Assembly: GCA_045110695.1 (NCBI GenBank)
Contig: JBGCGH010000034.1
Coordinates: forward strand, 6,233 to 70,232
DNA length: 64,000 bases
Reading direction: 5' to 3'
From: Bdellovibrionales bacterium
GTDB lineage: Bacteria; Bdellovibrionota; Bdellovibrionia; Bdellovibrionales; UBA840
The notes under the pieces are model-generated. The model made no database searches. It had not been told where the DNA came from and saw nothing but the letters and a program-made list of their open reading frames with translations. The translations under genes were made by a program, and so were the position numbers. This document shows positions 9,095-18,802 of this stretch, one piece after another. The stretch's first letter is position 1, and the number at the start of each line of letters is the position of its first letter.

Positions 9095-10697
9095 AGTATT
9101 ATCTGGTCCTCTTACTGGTCAGGAAATAAAGTTAAGAAGTGGTGAAAACAGTGTGGGTCGCCATCCGGAAAATAGTATACCTATTAAATCTGGAGGAGTG
9201 TCTAAGCATCATTGTAAATTTATGGTGAACGGAAATTCTGTTTCTGTGAGTGATCTTGGTTCTTCTAACGGAACCTTTGTAAATGGAATGCGGGTTCAAA
9301 ATTGTATATTACAACTTGGAGATAGAATTGGCATCCATGAGAACTTAGTAGAGTTGCAATATCAGATTGCACCTAATATGGGTATGGGTGGAAATGCAAA
9401 TATGGGATCCTCCGCTGAATGGAGTGGAAGCGCAGCACCTGATATGCATGCAAACCCAGGATTTGCAGCCGAAGAGATTCATGATCCCATTCAAATGAAC
9501 GCAGATGGACCACAGCTAGACTCCATTACCAAGCCACCAGAAAATATAAAAGAAACAATTGATCAATATGTTGAAAAAGTAATGCTTCCTGGTGTTTACA
9601 AACTGGCAGAGATTTTTGAATTTAGAATGGTAATTTTTGGAATGTTGATTACCTTAATATTAAGTATCACCCTACTTTCTGTGATACCTATGATCCAAAT
9701 TACTCAAGATACCATAATTAAAGAAAGTAGCCGACGAGCTGTCTCCATTGCCAGAAGTTTAGTTAAAGTAAACCAAAGCATTCTACAGAGAGGTATGAAA
9801 TCTCAGTTAACTACTAGTTTCGCTGAGAAGGAAGATGGAGTGCTTGCCGCCTTAATCATTAACGCCGAAGACGGTAGTGTAATAGCTCCGGCCAACCGAA
9901 TTGGAGCCTACAAAAACCTTCCATTCATACATAGTGCCAGAAAAAAAGGCGAAGAACATATTAAGAAGATAAGTGATGACCAGGTTGGCGCAAGTATCCC
10001 AATCAGAACCTATGATGCTAGTAGTGGGAGCTATGAAATTTCTAGTTATGCTGTTGTACTGTACTCTTTAGGAAACTTAGCCATGGACGATGGAAGAGCT
10101 ATAAGTCTCTTTATACAAACACTGGGAATGGCTCTTATAGTTGGTTTTATATTCTACTTTTTCATCTTTAAATTAGCAGAAAGACCATATCAGTATTTAA
10201 ATCGTCAAATTGATTTAGCAAACAAGGGTGAAATCATGAGTATTGAGCCTGAGTTTAATATGCCGGTAATGAAACCGCTCATTACAAACATAAACAATCT
10301 TGTAAATCAAGTCGCTAACTCCTCTGGAAATGATGATGGCCCCATGAGCTTCACTGACAGAAGTTTCGAAGTAGAGAATTTAGTAAAAGTGATCGGACAA
10401 GCCTGTATGGTAATAGACATAGACAAAAAAATCTTAGCCATGAACAGTGCTGCGGAGGAAATTACAAATGAATCTGCCTCCAGTCTAGTGGGTAGTAGTA
10501 CTGAAGCTATACTTGATGAAAGTCTGAAGCTGAACTTAGACGACCTCTTAGATAGAGTAGTGGCCGAATCCCATATGATTCAATCCAATACTTTAGAATT
10601 TAATGGACTAGAGATGGATGTCGATGCACAGGCCATTGGTGGCAGTGAAGGTATTGAGTATATTCTAGTCTGCATTAATGAAAAAGGAGGCTTCTGA
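9081..10697 (+). CDS. FHA-domain membrane protein (FHA, TM, extracytoplasmic region, TM, PAS-like C-terminus)
   Basis: FHA: VGRHPENSIPI...VSKHHCKF...VSDLGSSNGTFVNG. TM helices near aa 190 and aa 345. C-terminal MVIDIDKKILAMNSAAEEIT resembles a PAS N-cap. Start set to ATG 9081, 10 nt after GGAG. Confidence 0.8.
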   Translation: MWSLKVLSGPLTGQEIKLRSGENSVGRHPENSIPIKSGGVSKHHCKFMVNGNSVSVSDLGSSNGTFVNGMRVQNCILQLGDRIGIHENLVELQYQIAPNMGMGGNANMGSSAEWSGSAAPDMHANPGFAAEEIHDPIQMNADGPQLDSITKPPENIKETIDQYVEKVMLPGVYKLAEIFEFRMVIFGMLITLILSITLLSVIPMIQITQDTIIKESSRRAVSIARSLVKVNQSILQRGMKSQLTTSFAEKEDGVLAALIINAEDGSVIAPANRIGAYKNLPFIHSARKKGEEHIKKISDDQVGASIPIRTYDASSGSYEISSYAVVLYSLGNLAMDDGRAISLFIQTLGMALIVGFIFYFFIFKLAERPYQYLNRQIDLANKGEIMSIEPEFNMPVMKPLITNINNLVNQVANSSGNDDGPMSFTDRSFEVENLVKVIGQACMVIDIDKKILAMNSAAEEITNESASSLVGSSTEAILDESLKLNLDDLLDRVVAESHMIQSNTLEFNGLEMDVDAQAIGGSEGIEYILVCINEKGGF

Positions 10698-10708
10698 TTT
10701 CTAACGCG

Positions 10709-11638
10709 ATGAATGTTCAACCTACAGGTTACTTCAAGCTGAGTATAGCGACTGGCCCAGATCAGGGTGCAAGCTATGCTATTACACAGCCACGCGTAAA
10801 AATTGGCAGAAGCGCTCAGAACGATATAGTATTAACAGACCCAAAAGTATCAAGAGAACATGCTATCTTAAACCTGAAAAATAATGGGCTTTATATTCAG
10901 GGTTCCGGTGGAAAGAAAATAATCATAAATGGGCATGAACTAGACAATGGAATTTTAGCACCTGGATCTCAGGTTACTATCGGAGAAACCGTTTTTTCCG
11001 TGAGTCTTGAAGTACATCAGGCCCCTGTTGCATCGACCTACAAAAATTTAAATCAGCAGCAAGCTAGCCCTGATTTCTCAGCTGCTGAACCTGAAAAGTC
11101 TAAATTATTCTTTTATATTATACTTGGACTTGTAGTCGTTGTTGGTATCTTACTTTCACAGTCAGGATCTAAGGATGATGAGGAGTTTATCTTTAGAGAT
11201 GATGAAGCTATTCAAGAAGAAATTTTAAATTTAGAGCAAAGAAAAGATGAGCTGAAACGTGAATACTATAACAGTGGTAGAAATAGCCAGCAATACATTC
11301 AGGCACAAAGTAACTATAAGCAAGGTTTTAGAGAATATAGAGAGGCGAATTACAAAAGAAGTATTAATTATTTCACAGCAGCACTCTCACAGTTTCCAAA
11401 TCACAAGTTGGCAGAAAGATATTTAGTACAGGCACAAAGGAAGTTAGAAGAAGAAATCCAAACCAGCCTTGCTAGAGGCAATAGTTTAAAAGAACAAGGT
11501 AAATATCGCCAAGCGGTAGCTGAATATAGACATGTATTAATTCTTGTTTCTGACAAAACAAGTGTTGCCTTTAAAGAAGCCACTAGCCTGATGGAAGAAT
11601 GCATCTTAAAACTTAAAATCAAAGGAGGAAGCTTATGA
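10709..11638 (+). CDS. FHA-domain membrane protein with TPR-like C-terminus
   Basis: FHA: IGRSAQNDIVLTDPKVSREHA. One TM (FFYIILGLVVVVGILL). C-terminal TPR-like helices. Confidence 0.8.
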   Translation: MNVQPTGYFKLSIATGPDQGASYAITQPRVKIGRSAQNDIVLTDPKVSREHAILNLKNNGLYIQGSGGKKIIINGHELDNGILAPGSQVTIGETVFSVSLEVHQAPVASTYKNLNQQQASPDFSAAEPEKSKLFFYIILGLVVVVGILLSQSGSKDDEEFIFRDDEAIQEEILNLEQRKDELKREYYNSGRNSQQYIQAQSNYKQGFREYREANYKRSINYFTAALSQFPNHKLAERYLVQAQRKLEEEIQTSLARGNSLKEQGKYRQAVAEYRHVLILVSDKTSVAFKEATSLMEECILKLKIKGGSL

Positions 11639-13707
11639 TGAAACTCAAAATCTTCCTTCATGCTGATATGGTTCAAGACCTAACACTTCTAATCAACAAG
11701 CAATACGTTATAGGAAGAAACTCTGAATGTGATATTGTTTTAGATGATCCAAAGGTTTCTAGACAGCATGCAAAAATCTACTTCGATGGTAGTCAGTGGA
11801 ATATGGAGCTTATCTCTAGGTTCGGAAAACTTAAAAAAGAAGGCTTTGATGTTGAATCGACTAAAATAGCCGATGAAGATGAGTTCAGCATATCTACATT
11901 TAAACTGATTTTTATTAAATCTGAAGATAGCCAATATGGCTCTAGCAGCCAATCTCAAGTGAGTTATGGGGTATCTGATATTTCTGAATCACCTCAGTTT
12001 TCAATGAGCGTAGCAGATCACCAAATGCCTGAATCAGAAGATATTGATGATTCGAACAGTGATGTAGATGATTTTTCTGAATTTAGAGATGAAGCCTCAA
12101 GTGCGATTCAACTAGAAGATACGAATGCTGGCTTTGGCGATAGTACTGCCGTAAATGTATCTTTAGGAGAACCATTTTTAAGGATAATCTATAAAACTGG
12201 TAAAGAAGATATGTATCGTCTTGAAGGAAATCATTGGGTAATTGGAAGAAGTGAAAAAATCGATGTAAGAGTTAAAGATAGTAGATGTAGTAGAAAGCAC
12301 ATTGTAGTTACCAAAGAAGGAACCGAGTTTTTCTTGAAAGACTTAGGTAGTTCTAATGGAACCTCAGTAAACTCAAGTAAAATTGGAAGAGAACAAAAAA
12401 TAGGAATTCAATCTGGCGACGAAATATTAATCGGTGACAGTATTTTGCGATTTGAATTAAGAGATCCTAATTTTGAAGCAAAAATAAACCAGCTGCCAGT
12501 TGTCATCCATAACTCCCCTATCAAGTTTGGTAACCAAGACATCATACCTATAGGCTCACCAGGAGCAATGGTTCCCCAATCACCAGGTGGAGCCTTGGGA
12601 CAAATCATTCCACAAAGAGGAATGGGTAAAAACACTAAAAATAAAAAAGTAATATATATTGCCGTAGCCTTAATTGCCGTGGCCGGGGTGTTTGGTTTGT
12701 CTGATGGTAAACCAAAAAATGAAACTAAGAACAGCAAAGAGATGGCTAGTAAAAAATCGCCATGGGATGCCTTGAGTTTTGAGCAGCAGGAGTTTATTAA
12801 AGCTCGATACAATACTGCTTATAATTTTTATATTCAGGGAAGCTATGAATTAGCTCTTACGGAGGTAGAAAAAATACACTCTATTCTACCTTCTGGATAT
12901 GTAGACAAAGAACTCCCAGACAAAAACTCAAAGCAGTTAGAAAAATTTTCTAGAACAGGAATTGAGAGAGAAAGAGAATTAAATAGAATCGCTGTACAAA
13001 AAAAGCAGCAGAGACTTTTTCAAGAAAAACTAGATGAACAAATGCAGAGATGTATAAATTTAGGTGCTCAAGCATCTAGTGCTCAATTACAAGAGTGTTT
13101 CTCATTTATTTTAGAGAATCAACCCAATAACCCTACAGCACTACAGATGATTTCGGCTGCAAAAGAGAGAGAGCAAAATAGGCTTCTTATGGCACAACAA
13201 CGTGCTACGCAACAGAGGTTGGCAGGAAAAGGAAGCGCGCTATACAACCAAGCTGTAGCCATTGAACGATCTGGTGACTTTCTTGACGCGATTGAGGCTT
13301 ATCAGGTTCATATAAGATCTAATTTCCCTGACCCTAGGAATTTGAAATCGAAAAGTCGACAAGCCATTGCGCAGCTAAAAAGTGGAATTAAAACAAAAAC
13401 AAGTAGTCTATATAATGAGGCGATAACAGCCTATGAAAACGATAATCATAGAAAGGCCCTAGAGCTTCTACAAAAGCTTCTCGAGATTGATCCGAGCAAT
13501 ATTGAAGCCGAAGATAAATCTCGTGAAATTAGCTCAAAGCTATACATAAAATTAAAATCGATTTATGAAGATTCTATTCTATTTGAAAACCATGGTGAAA
13601 TCACAGAGGCAAAAAATGCTTGGCTAAAGATTAAGGACCAGGACATTAAAGGTGGACGATACTACAAGAAGGTTGTTATCAAGCTTAGAAAGTATGGAAT
13701 TGAATAG
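11635..13707 (+). CDS. double-FHA-domain membrane protein with long TPR-like C-terminal region
   Basis: FHA1: IGRNSECDIVLDDPKVSRQHAKI. Acidic linker. FHA2: IGRSEKIDVRVKDSRCSRKHI...DLGSSNGTSVN. TM VIYIAVALIAVAGVFGL, then TPR-like repeats. ATGATG overlap with the upstream gene, AGGAGG 6 nt upstream. Confidence 0.8.
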   Translation: MMKLKIFLHADMVQDLTLLINKQYVIGRNSECDIVLDDPKVSRQHAKIYFDGSQWNMELISRFGKLKKEGFDVESTKIADEDEFSISTFKLIFIKSEDSQYGSSSQSQVSYGVSDISESPQFSMSVADHQMPESEDIDDSNSDVDDFSEFRDEASSAIQLEDTNAGFGDSTAVNVSLGEPFLRIIYKTGKEDMYRLEGNHWVIGRSEKIDVRVKDSRCSRKHIVVTKEGTEFFLKDLGSSNGTSVNSSKIGREQKIGIQSGDEILIGDSILRFELRDPNFEAKINQLPVVIHNSPIKFGNQDIIPIGSPGAMVPQSPGGALGQIIPQRGMGKNTKNKKVIYIAVALIAVAGVFGLSDGKPKNETKNSKEMASKKSPWDALSFEQQEFIKARYNTAYNFYIQGSYELALTEVEKIHSILPSGYVDKELPDKNSKQLEKFSRTGIERERELNRIAVQKKQQRLFQEKLDEQMQRCINLGAQASSAQLQECFSFILENQPNNPTALQMISAAKEREQNRLLMAQQRATQQRLAGKGSALYNQAVAIERSGDFLDAIEAYQVHIRSNFPDPRNLKSKSRQAIAQLKSGIKTKTSSLYNEAITAYENDNHRKALELLQKLLEIDPSNIEAEDKSREISSKLYIKLKSIYEDSILFENHGEITEAKNAWLKIKDQDIKGGRYYKKVVIKLRKYGIE

Positions 13708-13708
13708 C

Positions 13709-14383
13709 ATGAAATTCACTCAGCATTCCTTTTATTCAAATGACTGCAACTTCCCTAAGGTAAACTCTAATTGGTCTGAAAAAGATGAGCTTTTGTTAAT
13801 AAATCTCGCCTGGGGTGATCGCTCTATTGTGGGCAATATCGAATCTCAGTTCTCGGACTACTATCTATCAACAAAAGATGATAATGAGGCCACCTCACCT
13901 TTTGAAAAAATTCTTCACTTACCTACGATGACAAACAACCTTATAATTGGGTTAAAATTGGTAAATGAAAGCGTATATAAAGAAACTAACAAAGAGCAGT
14001 TTGTGAACGGATTAGAGTCATTGGCCTTTCATCAGAACAAAGAGATGATGAGCTGGGTTTCTGTTGGTGAGTTTCAAGTATACGTGAAAAAAGCAAAAGC
14101 CAAATCACCTAGCCTATATTTCTCCAACTCTAACCTTGCATCGGAGTTTGATTCTGACCTACCACCGCTACCAAAAGATTTGGTAGGCACTCAAATGCAA
14201 GCGGATGTAAAGTATCAGCACCTATCTAAAACAAGTGGTGACACTGTAGTAATCGTTAAAAGTAATAAGAATCTATCTCATGCAATTGAGTCTGTAGATA
14301 AATTTGAAGATGCTTCTCAAATAGCAAAAAAAATAAATAAACTATATCCAGACACTAGCTTTTGGATAGGCCTTTTAGGCTAA
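13709..14383 (+). CDS. hypothetical protein, last gene of the Tad/FHA operon (possibly a degenerate PP2C/SpoIIE-like fold)
   Basis: Begins 2 nt after the preceding stop (alternative in-frame ATGs at 13694 and 13652). Spacing of conserved-looking blocks (LLLINLAWGD...GDTVVIVKSN...WIGLL) loosely recalls PP2C. Low-confidence fold guess. Confidence 0.5.
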   Translation: MKFTQHSFYSNDCNFPKVNSNWSEKDELLLINLAWGDRSIVGNIESQFSDYYLSTKDDNEATSPFEKILHLPTMTNNLIIGLKLVNESVYKETNKEQFVNGLESLAFHQNKEMMSWVSVGEFQVYVKKAKAKSPSLYFSNSNLASEFDSDLPPLPKDLVGTQMQADVKYQHLSKTSGDTVVIVKSNKNLSHAIESVDKFEDASQIAKKINKLYPDTSFWIGLLG

Positions 14384-14387
14384 ATAT

Positions 14388-16181
14388 CTATCTAAACCAG
14401 TTACTAGTAATAGATCGTTTTTTAACAATCTCTGCATATCTGGCATTACTTTCTGTTTGTAGAAAAAGATCCACCCAACTAGGTGATTGTAGATCGGTAC
14501 CTTGTCTCAGAGGCCATTTCAAATCTGCAACATAGTTCAATTTTTGTAACTCCAAACGATAGAGAAAACGATTGTACTCTTTAACAAATTTCTCTCTCCA
14601 ATACTCTTTTTGTTTTCCTTTTTTGGACTTCCAACGAACTAGATTTTCATAGAGAGCAAATCCACAACCAACATCAGGTTTAACACTTTCAGAAAAAAGT
14701 GCGACAAAACAAGGAGATAGATTTTTCGTAGAACCCAATGGAAGTCCCAAATTTTTATTTGCAACATAAACCCATTCCGGCCTATTTAACCGCAAACCTA
14801 GGCCTTTAAGTTTTTTCCAGCTCTGAGTTTGCAAAAAGTAACCAGCAAGTTGGCCACTTACTTCTTTTCCCGCACCATTTAGTGCTAAATACTGTAGCTC
14901 TCCTACAAAAATTGGATCGAAGCCATCAACTTGAATCTGTTTAATCACTTTTATTTTTTTGATTTCTTGATATTCGATATCAGCAAAGGCGGCAGTTCCA
15001 GTGGAATTAAAAATAGATGTTGCTAAATCTATCTCTACTGGAGATAGATTGCTTACCCCAGCCGGTATAGGTAACTGTTCTTTTTGATCAATCAGCGTGT
15101 TGTAGTAGATCACTGGATCGGAATTGAAAAATAGTTTTTTACCTATTAAGCTGGCATTTCTTATATTCGACAAGTTCTTCCACTTAGCCCACCCACTCTC
15201 CATTAAAATAGGTCGAGTATTATCCCAATTTACTTCCTCTTCTAGTAGAGTTGGTAATAGTGAAACTGCTTTCAATAATCCCTGGTCGTTCGGCTTTTGA
15301 CCTAGAATATCAAAAATCGTCATCCCCACATCGAGTAAGCTCACATTATGATCAATCTTCCAGGCTAAGCCTAAATCTCGTTTTTTTCTTGGAGGTTTAA
15401 TAAAAAGCCCCACCTGGGTGTTTTCTGAATGTAAATTTAAACTAGCAAACTCATTTCTTCTATCTACAGGGGTTCTACCGTTAACCCCAACAATAATTAC
15501 ATAGGAGTTATCCCAAGTTTTATTTCTTTTCATCTCTCGGAATAGCTTCGACCAGGAGCTTTTTAAATGGGACCACTGACTTTCTAAACTTCTTTCTCTT
15601 ACATTTCCAAGGTCGTCCGTTGTCGCTATAGTTGGAAAATCCATATCTACAAAATGTAAATGTGCAAAAAAAGAACGGCGCGATACTCGGCTCTTATGCC
15701 ATTTTACAAATCTATTTCTTAAAGTTCGAGCATCCGAGTATAGATTATTGTAGTTGGCAGGATGCTCAGAAAAAACCTCCATACCTTGATGAAGACCAGA
15801 ATGCCTCCAAACTGAGCCTCCCCCAGTGAAAAATGCGGTTCTATAACCTCTATCTAAAGCCAACTCGCCGATGGACCAAAATTCTTCTGCTAAAAAATGT
15901 TCAGCATTATTGGATATTCCCAGTTCAAAAGGGTTTTTTGCTGTATACATTGCGCTAAGTGCAACCTTAGATAAGGGCGAAGGCGTGTAAGCATGGGTAT
16001 ATCTGACAAACTCACTACATATTGTGTTTACGCTAAACTCATTATAGTCTTCTTCTAGACAAGTGATCAGAGAGGTTGGTAATTTTTCTGCACTAATAAT
16101 CATTATATTGGACTTAACCGGACCACCTGGATTACAAGCCAGCAATAGAATCAATAAAAGACCATACCTAAGTCGAAACAC
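14388..16181 (-). CDS. sulfatase-like / alkaline-phosphatase-superfamily lipoprotein
   Basis: Lipobox-like LLLACN. N-terminal IMIISAEKLP...HAYTPSPLSKVALSAMYT...FFTGGG...HFVDMDFP layout resembles sulfatase-like hydrolase/transferases, but no canonical C/S-x-P-x-R. Confidence 0.5.
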   Translation of the reverse strand: MFRLRYGLLLILLLACNPGGPVKSNIMIISAEKLPTSLITCLEEDYNEFSVNTICSEFVRYTHAYTPSPLSKVALSAMYTAKNPFELGISNNAEHFLAEEFWSIGELALDRGYRTAFFTGGGSVWRHSGLHQGMEVFSEHPANYNNLYSDARTLRNRFVKWHKSRVSRRSFFAHLHFVDMDFPTIATTDDLGNVRERSLESQWSHLKSSWSKLFREMKRNKTWDNSYVIIVGVNGRTPVDRRNEFASLNLHSENTQVGLFIKPPRKKRDLGLAWKIDHNVSLLDVGMTIFDILGQKPNDQGLLKAVSLLPTLLEEEVNWDNTRPILMESGWAKWKNLSNIRNASLIGKKLFFNSDPVIYYNTLIDQKEQLPIPAGVSNLSPVEIDLATSIFNSTGTAAFADIEYQEIKKIKVIKQIQVDGFDPIFVGELQYLALNGAGKEVSGQLAGYFLQTQSWKKLKGLGLRLNRPEWVYVANKNLGLPLGSTKNLSPCFVALFSESVKPDVGCGFALYENLVRWKSKKGKQKEYWREKFVKEYNRFLYRLELQKLNYVADLKWPLRQGTDLQSPSWVDLFLQTESNARYAEIVKKRSITSNWFR

Positions 16182-16377
16182 ACGTTCCCCTTTTTTATAA
16201 AATCAGAATAAAAAATATGTGTAGCTCTGGCAAGGAATGGCTTTAAGCAAAAGCACCTATTTAGTCTAGCTTTACAGCAGTTTAAAGTATTTTTCTAAAT
16301 CTGCAGTGCTTGCCCTTGGCCGCGAATAATAGGATAATAAAATGGTCTTAATTCTATTCCACAGCTAAGGAGAATTC

Positions 16378-17007
16378 ATGTTAACGGAAAAGATATTTAA
16401 TGCAGCTCAATCTGGTGCCGAGGGTGTACTTTGGTTTTTAATATTTTTAAGTATTATAAGTGTAGGAATCATGATTGAAAGATATCTAACACTAGGAAAG
16501 TACATTGGTAGAACTAAGAAAATCCAAAAACGACTTAATGATGTCCTTCAATCTAACTCATTTGATGAATTAGAAGATATCAGTAGAGACAGAGAGTCTT
16601 TAGAAGGCAGAGCACTTGCTTACGGCCTACGCCACGTTAAAGAATCTGGTAAAGATGGTTTAGACAATATTTTCAATTCTTTCGCCATTATGGAAAAACC
16701 TAAACTTGAAAAGTCATTGAACTTCTTAGCAACCGTTGGTTCAAATGCACCATTCTTGGGTTTGTTGGGAACAGTTCTTGGTATAATGAAGGCGTTCAAT
16801 GACCTTGCTACTTCCCAGGGAGATGCTTCCGCAGTTATGACCGGTATTGCTGAAGCACTTGTAGCAACGGCTGTGGGTTTATTTGTAGCGATGCCAGCTG
16901 TTGTTGCTTACAACTACTTTCAGAAAAAGGTGAAAGTTTCTCTTTCTGGAATAGAGGCAGTGAAAGAACTTTGCATCGCCTACGCATCTTCTAAAAAAGG
17001 ATCTTAG
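16378..17007 (+). CDS. exbB: MotA/TolQ/ExbB proton-channel family protein
   Basis: Three TM helices. LATVGSNAPFLGLLGTVLGIMKAF and TGIAEALVATAVGL motifs. Confidence 0.85.
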   Translation: MLTEKIFNAAQSGAEGVLWFLIFLSIISVGIMIERYLTLGKYIGRTKKIQKRLNDVLQSNSFDELEDISRDRESLEGRALAYGLRHVKESGKDGLDNIFNSFAIMEKPKLEKSLNFLATVGSNAPFLGLLGTVLGIMKAFNDLATSQGDASAVMTGIAEALVATAVGLFVAMPAVVAYNYFQKKVKVSLSGIEAVKELCIAYASSKKGS

Positions 17008-17010
17008 AAT

Positions 17011-17412
17011 ATGGGTGCATTTAACGATAAAGACGAAGATGCCATAGCTGATATAAATATCACTCCGTTTGTTGATATTATATTGGTGGTTCTAATTATT
17101 TTTATGGTTACTACTCCCATAATCATGAACCCAAGTATTAAAATTAAACTACCTAAAGCGGCAAGTGGGGAAGAAACCACTCAAACTAAACTAAATGTAA
17201 GCATCTCTCAGAAAGGAGAGGTACTTCTAAATGGTAAGCAAGTTAGTGACGAAGAGCTCACCACTCAGTCTAAAGCCTTAAAGGGGCAAAACCCCGAGGT
17301 CCAGGCGATCATTGCGGCCGATAAAGAAGTTGCCCACGGTGTGGTTATTCGAATCATTGATTTGATCAAACTTGCTGGAATACAAAAATTTGCAATAAGT
17401 ACGGAGAAATAA
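17011..17412 (+). CDS. exbD: ExbD/TolR biopolymer transport protein
   Basis: INITPFVDIILVVLIIFMV TM, then ADKEVAHGVVIRIIDLIKLAG periplasmic domain. Confidence 0.85.
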   Translation: MGAFNDKDEDAIADINITPFVDIILVVLIIFMVTTPIIMNPSIKIKLPKAASGEETTQTKLNVSISQKGEVLLNGKQVSDEELTTQSKALKGQNPEVQAIIAADKEVAHGVVIRIIDLIKLAGIQKFAISTEK

Positions 17413-17413
17413 A

Positions 17414-18802
17414 ATGCAAGTGATGTCTGTTGAGCATAAGGCTTTGACTATAAACCTTGATCCCCCTGTTTACGGAACCTTAGCTGAGATCGGAGCAGGG
17501 CAAGAAGTTGCTAGAAACTTATTTGTTGCCGGAGCAGCCTCTGGAACCATCGCCAAATCCATGTCTGCCTACGACATGCAAGTGAGTGATGCTATCTACG
17601 GTAAAGAAAACTCTAAAAGATATGTTTGTGAATCCCGGCTAATGAAAATGTTAGATCATGAATATCAGCTAATCATTGACCGCCTTACAGATAGGGCCAG
17701 TAGTTCTACATTTTTTGCTTTTGCTGATACGGTTGCCGCAAGTGCATATGGAAGTGGAAAACCAGGCCATGGTTGGATTGGTATTCGTTTTCAACGTCAA
17801 CCAGGTGGTACATTTAACGATATCGTGATCCACATTAAAATGCACGACCCAAACGCTCAACTCCAGGCTCAAGCCATTGGTAAGCTTGGGGTAAGTTTAA
17901 TTTACGGTGCCACTCAGCAGCTTAATGCAGAGGTTTTAGTCGATCAGTTACTAGATGAAGTTGGAAAGAAAAGGTTAGAAATTGATGTTATTAAATTCTC
18001 AGGACCTGATTACAAAGCCGTTGATAACAGATTAATCGCTCTTAAATTAGTAGAAGAGGGCTTTACTGATGCCTCCCTATTTATGCCTGATGGTGAGATT
18101 TTACAGATCGCTGATTTTATGTATAAGAAACCTGTAATGGTTCAGCGTGGGAGTTTTGAGCCTGTAACTAATATTCATTGGGACCTTCAAAGCTCTGGGC
18201 TTGAGCATTTTGAAAAGGAAATCCCTGAGAAAAAAGACGATATCTTGGTTCTTCTCGAGATGACAGTTCACAACCTTACTGGTGAAGAAAAGGTGGATCG
18301 AAAGAACTTTTTAGATCGCGTGGAAGCCATAGCACAGCTCAATCAACCCGTCTTAATCTCCAACTTTTTTCTATTTTACCAACTTAGAGAGTTCCTACAA
18401 AACTACACCAATCAACCAATTCGTATGGTTCTAGGAGCTAGTCTTTTAGGCAAGCTCTTTGAGAGGGAACACTACAATGATCTCACTGGTGGCATCCTCC
18501 AAGGCTTTGGCTGCCTAGTAAAGGGAGATACTAAATTGTATATCTACCCTCAGAAAAGAAATAATGAGCTAATGACATCTGAAAATTCATCCCCAGAGGG
18601 AGACCTAGCTCTACTATATGACTATATAAAAAAACGTGGGAAATTTGTAGATCTCACCGGTTGTAACTTAGACCAAGAAAGTCCAAAAAGTTCTGAGATC
18701 ATCGAGATGATTCAAAACAATAATCCTAGTTGGGAAAAATACGTTCCAGCAGAAGTCACTAAAGCCATCAAAGAGAAAAAACTTTTTGGCTTCAATGCAT
18801 AA
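17414..18802 (+). CDS. conserved-looking hypothetical cytoplasmic protein (462 aa)
   Basis: ATG 2 nt after the exbD stop. No TM or signal. N-terminal YGTLAEIGAGQEVARNLF. Family not recognised. Confidence 0.6.
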   Translation: MQVMSVEHKALTINLDPPVYGTLAEIGAGQEVARNLFVAGAASGTIAKSMSAYDMQVSDAIYGKENSKRYVCESRLMKMLDHEYQLIIDRLTDRASSSTFFAFADTVAASAYGSGKPGHGWIGIRFQRQPGGTFNDIVIHIKMHDPNAQLQAQAIGKLGVSLIYGATQQLNAEVLVDQLLDEVGKKRLEIDVIKFSGPDYKAVDNRLIALKLVEEGFTDASLFMPDGEILQIADFMYKKPVMVQRGSFEPVTNIHWDLQSSGLEHFEKEIPEKKDDILVLLEMTVHNLTGEEKVDRKNFLDRVEAIAQLNQPVLISNFFLFYQLREFLQNYTNQPIRMVLGASLLGKLFEREHYNDLTGGILQGFGCLVKGDTKLYIYPQKRNNELMTSENSSPEGDLALLYDYIKKRGKFVDLTGCNLDQESPKSSEIIEMIQNNNPSWEKYVPAEVTKAIKEKKLFGFNA

